The notes beneath the pieces are model-generated. The model was not told where the DNA came from. It did not search any database and saw only the letters and a program-made list of their open reading frames with translations. 64,000 nt of DNA from Polyangia bacterium (lineage in GTDB: Bacteria > Myxococcota_A > Polyangia > Palsa-1104 > JAEUJZ01), in the NCBI GenBank assembly GCA_046351595.1, contig JAXLYE010000002.1:1368022-1432021 (forward strand), given 5' to 3'. Position numbers and translations under genes: made by a program. Shown here piece by piece: positions 50,801-64,000 of the stretch (within the stretch, counting starts at the first letter, position 1; every line of letters starts with the position of its first letter).

Positions 50801-51668
50801 CGAGGATCAGCCGCTCGGTGCTGGCGCCGCCCTCGCTCCCGGCTGTGCCGGCGATATCGACGCGGCGCAGCGACGCGAGGGTCGCCCCGCTGGCGTCGGC
50901 GGCGCGGTAGCCGGCGCTCGGCAGCACCGCGAGCAGCATGTCGCCCAGCAGATCCATCCCGAGCTCGTGCAGCCCGTGCGCCCAGGTCAGGCGCAGCCCG
51001 GGCCGCGGCTCGGACTCGGTCGGCTGCAGGCACAGGGACAGCAGCCCGGCCTCGCCGCTGTGCAGGAGCGTGCTCGCCAGCGTGTGCGCCAGCGTCAGGC
51101 CGACCAGCCCCGAGGGCACCGACGCGCCGCCGAGGCCGAACAGCAGCACCTCGCCGTCGCCGAGCTGGAAGCCCAGGCCGAGCGGCTCGTTCGGCTTCTG
51201 CGGCCCGCGCGGCAGCGGCCGGCTGGTGCCGATCGGCAGGCGCAGCGCGCAGAAGGTCGGCGCCGCCTCGCGCGATGGCTCGCCGCGGGCCAGCAGGCTC
51301 TCGGCGGTCAGGCGGGCGAGCACGCGCAGCTCGGGCCGGCCGTCGCGGGTGCCCAGCCTCACCCGCAGCCAGTCGGGCACCGGCTCGCGCGGGCCCTCGC
51401 GCGAAACCAGCGCCGCGCCGGGGTCGGTCGAGCTGCCCGAGCCGCCCGCGAGCCCCGGCACCGCGCGCCGCCCGAGCAGCGACAGCGTACGCCCGCGCAG
51501 CGGCAGCCCGCGCAGCCGCAGGTCGAGCGCCCGGACATCCAGGACGAGCTCGGCCGAGAGCACCCGACCGCGACGGTGGCGCGCCTCGCTGCCGGGCCGC
51601 CCCAGCAGGTCGACCTCGAGCTGGCTCACCTGCACCACGGCCGGCTCGTCGCCGTAGAGCGCGGGCGC
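44889..51668 (-). CDS. Giant (about 2,260 aa) Ala/Leu/Arg-rich TPR-like repeat protein with a non-repetitive N-terminal domain of about 350 aa
   Basis: The track ORF runs 44889-52994, but gatC occupies 52014-52379 on the opposite strand, so the real start must lie below 52014. A candidate GTG is around 51668 (LVAPALYGD...). The body is degenerate helical-repeat sequence (...AEARLGLAAVAFGRGDPGEAAAHYREL..., ...YRRALQAERVPRDERPHVYLRLAEIAHQRGDY...). Confidence 0.55.
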   Translation of the reverse strand, partial: APALYGDEPAVVQVSQLEVDLLGRPGSEARHRRGRVLSAELVLDVRALDLRLRGLPLRGRTLSLLGRRAVPGLAGGSGSSTDPGAALVSREGPREPVPDWLRVRLGTRDGRPELRVLARLTAESLLARGEPSREAAPTFCALRLPIGTSRPLPRGPQKPNEPLGLGFQLGDGEVLLFGLGGASVPSGLVGLTLAHTLASTLLHSGEAGLLSLCLQPTESEPRPGLRLTWAHGLHELGMDLLGDMLLAVLPSAGYRAADASGATLASLRRVDIAGTAGSEGGASTERLILAYRGTGRGDSYDDGDRRPDPASGLHPGLAEPVQIGDRLLLSGDAAAALAAYDMAAQSQSLRSLALGRRRQLLLTAPGRHEEAAALCRAALDEKPDHAEARLGLAAVAFGRGDPGEAAAHYRELAAGAGRTAEERALALLSAARCALSEGAHTLAQRTAEEARASLAELGPGAEVAPLELAIDQVLAAALAPLAPQRVRRPSPVVRPEAPLSPAHHQLLERLEALAPATALGELRAALPNGPGAPRPLLLKAAALCQELGDLSAARRYLDAVGDHTEALHARAQLDMPELLQAPPGSPADLLPTLVRLHQRGHAEPEELRALARLLSARGQHREALVAQIEAGLDPDALLTQLEAAGQPSALADALVVHARSRADADAAALYRRAAEIAQQQLGDLPRAVALWEAAGEALTARGSPADAAAVFAHAGHLHHGLGSYDRAETSLRRALELGGDTTPLVLLGLGHHAYANANLDAAEGFYRRALQAERVPRDERPHVYLRLAEIAHQRGDYLTEEDTLAAAIEEGGGALAWPALAALFSAVDDRPRYGAALLMWSTYESGEMQRALLAQAAELCSSSLLPQVDAALLACDADDEKVRERLLARLRASHDLPRLLQMLQRDVERSEGLRRLTAARELLAVALRLRNGPAAARAHLLILDELGGMARPEDALLALRFLIEHAASRDPSEAALYETLRARLLGSGVLPAAQDQIDRQLALLTDDPAEQPARARLLWQAAELCELVGDPLGAAGRWLRLCSLGALTGDGDTAGRGPGGGEVALSQRPLSRLRRLSRRLAHDGHGQKVLELCESELRRLGTRARRAAGLHLVRAELLTHLGRSGEALGQLELLLLRSEELGPAHALLGMLLCSSPSPGDLERALPHLLTATYAPDVEPDEAGECALLLASLLTEAAGGAPRPSQASASTPSPLRPPELGFLERASDLGFIAVPTDFLAEPGDGPLPKSQQSPVPGPPLPADFTALDEAPPAPLPLSMPTPAELLARAAALLGDDPRPIERQLALAFQRGDLYLALSCCDSLLTRLHAPRERARVLCDKAAVLQKLPAAGSAEPLLHEALALQPDFPPALRALRELLTTEGDIERAVQLIERELRALQAEPEAAEPGAAGPDAVRAELFCELGRLLTLRGDDSGALAALRSAGQLGSVTALQRLAAALAGRGEWLGAADAAGRAAAVLPASERAVALLEAATFAERADDELRARAYLGEAVALGGPHGLEAASRLLRLDGGPDASARRQVLERRLRSEREGLSHLEALRRLVVLCCQEGDGAATERYAQALLALVPDEPLALAGLAERAFATGRAEAAVELLQRLPVIPPEYPSAGALLRSLGAARERGGDLAGAERAYAEAAPLCDAHADQEGAVAATASLLRLCEQRGALAEALLAAKQLLLHLPAGDSAERAAARLQAADLAARLGDRSEAEQQLGCLLDEVPGHRGALRRLVSLKRALHETAAARETLDELLAQPDEGQATERAELLRERAALDEELGDGAAALADLGAALELVPDDVAALRHMVAVAARLGDGSRAALATARLEALRAPLGEVEVVAGLALQLPGVPERAHGLRLLQAGPAEPAALAKALSLLAGQSGAADALDGPLGAALQVLGGDATRLQRALAERLVGAVDADGAVELGAARALLRLGARQLDSGSAAVRVSLAALAYVEPTGEAAQQLERLGPQPVALADTALTSPPELQPWLALLGLLGGHVLGAPVAAPTPPEKAAPPSAAPWVTRLLPLGQRLGFPRLLVELVDELPADRAPAACEPTQPPRLLVLRHLITEPSRDPGPVYFAALRALHRLVGGAALLGDADELAALVRATAVLYVPGAEARTEREHEKLQALRALALAPRPFPLDPNEALRRLPPCLAQLEAEPGVLRRLLPELRRLVDEQAEARALCGLGDLLAALHALTPPAATAAPEVRLNLPRLRGLLRLALRVLGGESGEPSWPASGSPAG

Positions 51669-52013
51669 CACGAGCGAGAGCCGGCTCTGGCTCGGCCCTA
51701 CGCTGGCCAAGGAGAGCGCGGGGACGGCAGCGGGCTGTATGGCAGTCTCCGGCAAGACGCCTTCTAAGTACCACAGTCGGGCACTCTGCGGGCGACCGAG
51801 CCGGAGCGCGCCGCGCCGGCCCGCCGCTTTCTGGTGTCCTATTGCGCGGGTACCGGACCGTGCCGGGGCCGCGGCCACGCGCGGGTCGTGCGCGTGCGGG
51901 CCCGGGCCGTGCCGCTGGCGCGCGCCGCATCGGCCACACTGCGGGCCTCGGCCGCACGTCCCGCTGCGGCGGCTCTCGCTTTGCGCAGGACTGGCGATAT
52001 AGACTGCACCGCC

Positions 52014-52379
52014 ATGTATTCCGGTAAGACCCAGGGCGGGCTTTCCGCCGAAGAGATCCGCACGACCGCGGAGATGGCGCGCCTGCAGCTCGACGAGAGC
52101 GAGCTCGCGCAGCTGGCCGGCGAGCTGTCCGGCATCCTCGCGCACGCGGAGCTGCTGAAGGAGATCGACGTCTCGGCCGTGCCGTCGACTAAGCACGCGG
52201 TGCCGATGAGCTGCCCGCTGCGCGGCGACCTGGTCGGGCCGCACGATCCGATCGAGGCGGTGCTGCGCAACGCGCCGGCGCGCGAGGCCACGTTCTTCTC
52301 GGTGCCAGCGGTGTTCGCGAGCACCGGCGCGGCGACGGGCGCGGCGATGGGCGCGAGCGACGACTACGAGGAAGGGTAG
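52014..52379 (+). CDS. gatC: Asp-tRNA(Asn)/Glu-tRNA(Gln) amidotransferase subunit C
   Basis: LSAEEIRTTAEMARLQLDESELAQLAGELSGILAHAELLKEIDV is the GatC signature. It lies immediately upstream of gatA. Confidence 0.8.
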   Translation: MYSGKTQGGLSAEEIRTTAEMARLQLDESELAQLAGELSGILAHAELLKEIDVSAVPSTKHAVPMSCPLRGDLVGPHDPIEAVLRNAPAREATFFSVPAVFASTGAATGAAMGASDDYEEG

Positions 52380-52383
52380 GGCG

Positions 52384-54013
52384 ATGACCACGGCAGGTTT
52401 TACTGGCGTCGCAAGCGTGAGCGACGAGCTGGGCGGTGTCGTCGGGCTGGCCGAGGCGGTGCGCGCCGGGCGGGTCTCGGCGGTCGAGGTGACGCGGGCG
52501 TATCTCCAGCGCATCGCCGCGCTCGACCCGCGGCTCGGCTGCTTCCTGCACGTCGACGAGGCGGGCGCGCTGCAGGCGGCGGCGGCGGTGGACGCGCAGG
52601 TCCGCGGCGGCAGCGGCAGCGAGCTCTCGCTGGCCGGCGTGCCGGTGGCGCTCAAGGACAACCTGTGCACGGCCGGGCTGCCGACGACGGCGGGCTCGAA
52701 GATCCTCGCCGGCTTCGTGCCGCCGTACGATGCGACGGTGGTGGCGCGGCTCAAGGCGGCCGGCGCGATCGTGCTCGGGAAGCTCAACCTCGACGAGTTC
52801 GCGATGGGCAGCTCGAACGAGCGCTCGGCCTTCTTCCCGTGCAAAAACCCGTGGGACGAAGCGCGCGTGCCGGGCGGCAGCTCGGGCGGCGCGGCGGCGG
52901 CGGTGGCGGCGGACCTGTGCGCGCTGGCGCTGGGCTCGGACACCGGCGGCTCGATCCGCCAGCCGGCGGCGCTGTGCGGGGTGACCGGGCTCAAGCCGAC
53001 CTACGGCCGCGTGTCGCGCTACGGGCTCATCGCCTTCGCCAGCTCGCTCGATCAGGTGGGGCCGCTTTCGCGCAGCGCGCACGACGCGGCGGCGGCGCTG
53101 CAGGTGATCGGCGGGCCCGACCCATTCGACGCGACGAGCCTCGGCGGGGCGCACGGCGAGCCGCGCGATTACTTGCACGCGTGCAACCAAGCCAGCCCCA
53201 AGCGCCTCTTGCGCGGGCTGCGCATCGGGCTGCCGCGCGAATATTTCCAGGCCGGTCTCGATCCGCAGATCGCCTCGTGCGTGCACGGCGCGATCGAGGC
53301 GCTGCGCAGCGAGGGCGCCGAAACCGTCGAGGTGTCGCTGCCGCTGACCCAGTACGCGGTCGCCATCTACTACCTGATCGCCACGGCCGAGGCCTCGAGC
53401 AACCTGGCGCGCTACGACGGCGTGCGCTACGGCCTGCGCGTGACGCCGCGCCCCGACGAGCTTGCGCCCGGCGAGAGCGCGCTCGCGGCCCTGTACAAGC
53501 GCTCGCGCGCGGCGGGCTTCGGCGCCGAGGTGAAGCGCCGCATCCTGCTCGGCACCTACGTGCTGCGCTCGGGCTACTACGACGCATACTACCGGCGCGC
53601 CAGCCAGGTGCGCACGCTGGTCGCGCGCGAGTTCGCGGCGGCGTTCGAGAAGTGCGACGTGCTGGCGACGCCGACCTCGCCGGTCGCGGCCTTCCGCCTG
53701 GGCGAGCGCCTGGGCGAGCACACCGGCGATCCGCTGTCGATGTACCTGGCCGACATCTACACCATCGGCGCGAACCTGGCCGGGCTGCCGGGCATCTCGG
53801 TGCCGTGCGGCTTCGTCACCGCGCCCCCTGGCCCAGACGGCAACGACGACCGAGACGGCGGGCGGCCGCTGCCGGCGGGGCTGCAGCTCATCGGACCGGC
53901 GCTGCACGACGACCGCGTGCTGGCGGTGGCGACGGCGTACCAGCACCTGAGCGACTGGCACAAGCGGCGGCCGTCGCTCACCCCGCGCGCCGACGCCGAG
54001 GCGAAGGTGCCCC

Positions 54014-54021
<8 letters not shown>
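52384..54021 (+). CDS. gatA: Glutamyl-tRNA(Gln) amidotransferase subunit A (amidase signature family)
   Basis: VPVALKDNLCTAGLPTTAGSKIL..., GGSSGGAAAAVAA...GSDTGGSIRQPAA is the amidase Ser-cisSer-Lys signature. 545 aa, with a short insert (APPGPDGNDDRDGGRP) near the C-terminus. Confidence 0.9.
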
Positions 54022-55534
<1,513 letters not shown>

Positions 55535-55537
55535 CGC

Positions 55538-56587
55538 ATGGCACCTGCCACCAATCACCACGAGCCGCTCTTGATGTCGCCGCTCGTCTGGGACGAGGCC
55601 ACAGGCACGCTGCGCCTGATCGACCAGCTGAAGCTGCCGGGCGCCGAGGTCTGGTGCAGCTACAGCGACTACCGCGAGGTCGCCGAGGCGATCCGCGCGA
55701 TGGTGGTGCGCGGCGCGCCGGCGATCGGCATCACGGCCGCGTTCGGGGTGGCGCTGGGCGCGCGCCAGGGCGCGGACCTCGACGAGGTGATCGCGACGCT
55801 TTCGGCGACGCGGCCGACCGCGGTCAACCTGTTCTGGGCGCTCAACCGCATGCGCGGTCGCATCGCCGAGCTGCGCGCCGCCGGGGTGCGCGACGAGGCG
55901 CTGTTCGCGCCGCTGCTCGCCGAGGCGCAGGCGATCTGGCGCGAGGACATCGCGATGTGCCGGCGCATGGGCGAGGCCGGGGCAGAGCTTCTGCCCGAAG
56001 GCAACGTGCTGACGCACTGCAACGCCGGCGGCCTGGCGACGGGCGGCTACGGCACCGCGGTCGGCGTCATCCGCTCGGCGTTCGCGCTGGGCCGGGTGCG
56101 CGGCGTGTTCGCCGACGAGACGCGGCCGTACCTGCAGGGCGCGCGGCTGACGGCCTACGAGCTGGCCAAGTGCGGGGTGCCGGTGACGCTGGTCTGCGAC
56201 AACATGGCCGGGTACCTGATGGCGCGCGGCGAGGTCCAGTCGGTGATCGTCGGCGCCGACCGCATCGCGCGCAACGGCGACGTGGCCAACAAGATAGGCA
56301 CCTATGGACTCGCGGTGCTGGCGCAGGCGCACGGCATCCCCTTCTTCGTGGCGGCGCCGCGCTCGACGCTGGATCTGTCGCTCAAGGGCGGCGCCGAGAT
56401 CCCGATCGAGGAGCGCAGCGCCGACGAGGTGACGTCGCTCGGCGGAGTGCGCATCGCGCCGCTCGGTGTGCACGCGCGACACCCGGCGTTCGACGTGACG
56501 CCGGCGCGGCTGATCACGGCGATCATCACCGACGTCGGCGTGGCGCGCGCGCCTTTTGAGGAGTCGCTTGCGGGGCTGCCTAAGTAG
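55538..56587 (+). CDS. mtnA: S-methyl-5-thioribose-1-phosphate isomerase (eIF-2B alpha/beta/delta-like)
   Basis: [15 protein letters not shown]...[14 protein letters not shown]...[21 protein letters not shown]...[19 protein letters not shown]. Confidence 0.85.
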   Translation: MAPATNHHEPLLMSPLVWDEATGTLRLIDQLKLPGAEVWCSYSDYREVAEAIRAMVVRGAPAIGITAAFGVALGARQGADLDEVIATLSATRPTAVNLFWALNRMRGRIAELRAAGVRDEALFAPLLAEAQAIWREDIAMCRRMGEAGAELLPEGNVLTHCNAGGLATGGYGTAVGVIRSAFALGRVRGVFADETRPYLQGARLTAYELAKCGVPVTLVCDNMAGYLMARGEVQSVIVGADRIARNGDVANKIGTYGLAVLAQAHGIPFFVAAPRSTLDLSLKGGAEIPIEERSADEVTSLGGVRIAPLGVHARHPAFDVTPARLITAIITDVGVARAPFEESLAGLPK

Positions 56588-56736
56588 CGTGCTTTTCGGG
56601 CGTTACGCGGGTCCTGTCGCCTGCAGGTATCCCGCCGCTTGCGCGTCGGGAGCCCTCCTTCCGGCGCCACCCGCTCCATACGGCGATGGCTTGCGCCGTC
56701 CGCTGACCTGAGCAAATCGTTTCCGTTCGAGGAACC

Positions 56737-60057
<3,321 letters not shown>

Positions 60058-60147
60058 TCACGAGCGCGCGCGGCCGGCTGCCTGCGCCGCGCCCCGACCG
60101 TTCGCTTTTTTCGACAGCAGCGGTCGGTCACACCGACCGGTCCCGGC

Positions 60148-61122
60148 TCACTCCTCGACGCGGCAGGAGGCGATGACGTCGTCGAGGATCTGGGCCAGGC
60201 CGATCGTCGGCTGCCAGCCGATCTGGCGGTGGATCTTGCGCAGGTCGGGCACGCGGCGCGGCATGTCCTCGAAGCCGGGCTCGTAGGCCTTCTCGTAGGG
60301 GACAAAGACGATGGGGCTCTTGCTCTCGGCGCGCTCGATGACCTTCTGGGCCAGGCCGAGGATGGTGATCTCCTCGACGTTGCCGATGTTGAAGACCTGG
60401 CCCGAGGCGGTCTTCGACTCCATCAGCGAGATGAGCGCGCGCACCGCGTCGCTGACGTGGGTGAAGCAGCGCGACTGCGCGCCGTCGCCGAAGACGGTCA
60501 GCGGCTGCCCGCAGAGCGCCTGCTTGACGAAGGTCGGCACCACCATGCCGTACTGGCCGGTCTGGCGCGGGCCGACGGTGTTGAACAGTCGCCCGACGAC
60601 CGTGGGCAGGCCGCGCTCGCGGTAGTAGGCAATCGCCAGGAACTCGTCGATGAGCTTCGAGCAGGCGTACGACCAGCGGCCCTTCGACGTCGGCCCGAGC
60701 ACCGGGTCGCCCTCCTCGGAGAAGGGGATCTGCTCGCTCTTGCCGTAGCACTCCGAGGTGCTGGCGATGAACACCGGGCGCTTCTTCTTCTGCGCCATCT
60801 CGAGCACCAGCTCGGTGAGCTTGATGTTGGTCTCGATGGTGCGCACCGGGCTCTCGACGATGAGCTTGACGCCGACGGCCGCGGCCAGGTGGTAGATGAC
60901 GTCGGCGTCGTCGACGAGCTCGGCGAGCAGCGGCCGGTTGGCCATGGTGTCGATGACGTAGCGGAAGCGCCCCTTGTACTGCTCGCCGGTGAGGTGGCGG
61001 ATGTTGCGGATGGTGCCGGTCGACAGGTCGTCGATGACCAGCACCTCGTGCCCCAGCTTGAGGAGCGCCTCGGCCAGGTGCGAGCCGATGAAGCCGGCGC
61101 CGCCGGTGATGAGGTAACGCAT
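60148..61122 (-). CDS. NAD-dependent epimerase/dehydratase, UDP-glucuronate decarboxylase (UXS)/UDP-sugar 4-epimerase-like
   Basis: MRYLITGGAGFIGSHL...YHLAAAVGV...SECYG...YACSKL (the SDR-extended YxxxK). Confidence 0.85.
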   Translation of the reverse strand: MRYLITGGAGFIGSHLAEALLKLGHEVLVIDDLSTGTIRNIRHLTGEQYKGRFRYVIDTMANRPLLAELVDDADVIYHLAAAVGVKLIVESPVRTIETNIKLTELVLEMAQKKKRPVFIASTSECYGKSEQIPFSEEGDPVLGPTSKGRWSYACSKLIDEFLAIAYYRERGLPTVVGRLFNTVGPRQTGQYGMVVPTFVKQALCGQPLTVFGDGAQSRCFTHVSDAVRALISLMESKTASGQVFNIGNVEEITILGLAQKVIERAESKSPIVFVPYEKAYEPGFEDMPRRVPDLRKIHRQIGWQPTIGLAQILDDVIASCRVEE

Positions 61123-61488
61123 GGAAACCCTTTTTCCTTATACGGTCTGTCTGTGCAGTCGTTCGGAGGGCCCGGCGCAGCCCCAGTCTCACGAGCTCTC
61201 CCGAGACTCTCACGAGGCTGTCGCGCGGCCCGACGGCGCCGACCTGGCGTCGCAGCGCGCGCACCGTATCGCACCCCGCCACGCCCAGGCAACGGCCCAT
61301 CACGCGCCCGGCCCGCTCCCTCGCGCCCCTGCGTCGGCGCCGGTCGCCCTGCGTCGGCATCCGGTCAGTGCGGGCCCGGCCGCGGTCCCGCGGTTCCGGA
61401 AGGCTCCGGAAGGCCCCGATGTCCGTTCCGTCCGCCCGCAGGACGCGCACAAAAAGTCACCCGGTCGCTGCGACCCGCGCGCGGCTTC

Positions 61489-61517
61489 TTGACAGCAGGT
61501 TGCTGGGCAGATAGGGT
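61489..61517 (+). promoter_or_regulatory. Sigma70-like promoter (TTGACA-17 bp-TAGGGT) about 620 bp upstream of the DEAD-box helicase ATG
   Basis: cTTGACAgcaggttgctgggcagaTAGGGTcc. Perfect -35, 17-nt spacer, 4/6 -10. No credible ORF lies between it and 62136. Confidence 0.45.
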
Positions 61518-62135
61518 CCAATCGAGTTATCGAGTTCCTATAGATCGAAGCCGCTCTTGCCCTGGACCTGCTCTGCACTCGACGAAGCCGCGCGAAGCTC
61601 CCAGCCTGCTGGCCAGCTCCACGGACGCGCTTTCGCCGCTGCAGAGGCCGACGCCGCAGACCGAACCGGCGGCGGTCGCAGGATCCGGGAAGCCCTCCGG
61701 GCGGGCGGCTTGCGAATGAGGGAACCCGCCCGAGCAGCCCGCGTGGACCGCTGCCACACGGCCGCCGACCCGGACGCCGCGACCGCCGCGGTCGCCGAGC
61801 CGGGAGCTCACGCCTCCGTTTCCAAGGGCGCGCGCGCACCGGGCGCCGCCGCGTCCCGCCGAGTTGTCGGCGACACCACAGATCGGGGCCGAACAAGAAC
61901 AAGGCCCGCGCCCGAACGGATCACCCCGGGGCCCGCAGCGCGTCGCGCCGACGCGCTGGTCGGGAGGCCCCCTTGCACACCCGCCGAGCTGCGTCGTTGC
62001 GCTGAGCACGACGCGCCCGGGCTGCCGGATCCGGTCCGCCTCACGGCGACCGCGAAGGGGGGCTCCCCCACATCCGGACAGCGGGCCCGCGCTCCGCTTG
62101 CGCGCCGCACCGCCGGTGGGTCACAGAGAGGTTTT

Positions 62136-64000
<1,865 letters not shown>

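Overview
This is a ~72% GC bacterial chromosomal segment. The gene content (four Ser/Thr kinases, a giant Ala/Leu/Arg-rich TPR-like protein, a GAF-GGDEF cyclase and several lipoproteins) suggests Myxococcota (Polyangia-like). In GC-rich DNA like this the six-frame track is dominated by long antisense 'shadow' ORFs, which I list and reject. Coordinates are 1-based; a few starts carry ±1-3 nt uncertainty. Supported content, in order: an esterase fragment, tRNA-Arg(CCT), an HExxH metallopeptidase lipoprotein, rlmI, an anion permease, bacterioferritin plus a DUF1328 gene, a HAD-deaminase fusion coupled to a VKOR-DsbA fusion, Ser/Thr kinases, a membrane GT-C-like protein, selD/selB, a PlsC-like acyltransferase, an SDR epimerase, ftsB, a GAF-GGDEF cyclase, a TetR regulator, ettA, lipoproteins, an OmpR response regulator, yebC, a squalene/phytoene-synthase-like protein, phzF, a giant TPR-like protein, gatCAB, mtnA, ileS, a UXS-like epimerase and a 5'-partial DEAD-box helicase. 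The findings worth a second look are: (1) a receiver-Ser/Thr-kinase gene is split exactly at a perfect 18-bp direct repeat by a 2.67-kb insertion carrying a three-gene operon (NADPH-FMN reductase, DUF218/YdcF-like, LmbE/PIG-L deacetylase) and no mobility gene; deleting the insert and one repeat copy restores an intact in-frame kinase. (2) selD is itself a selenoprotein, with an in-frame UGA in the conserved GG-U-AAK motif, and is convergent with selB. (3) A tandem 28-bp repeat array with an embedded 14-bp palindrome sits in a divergent promoter region. (4) A ~0.6-kb leader with a strong sigma70-like promoter precedes the DEAD-box helicase. (5) Domain fusions and low-GC codon islands occur inside otherwise high-GC genes.
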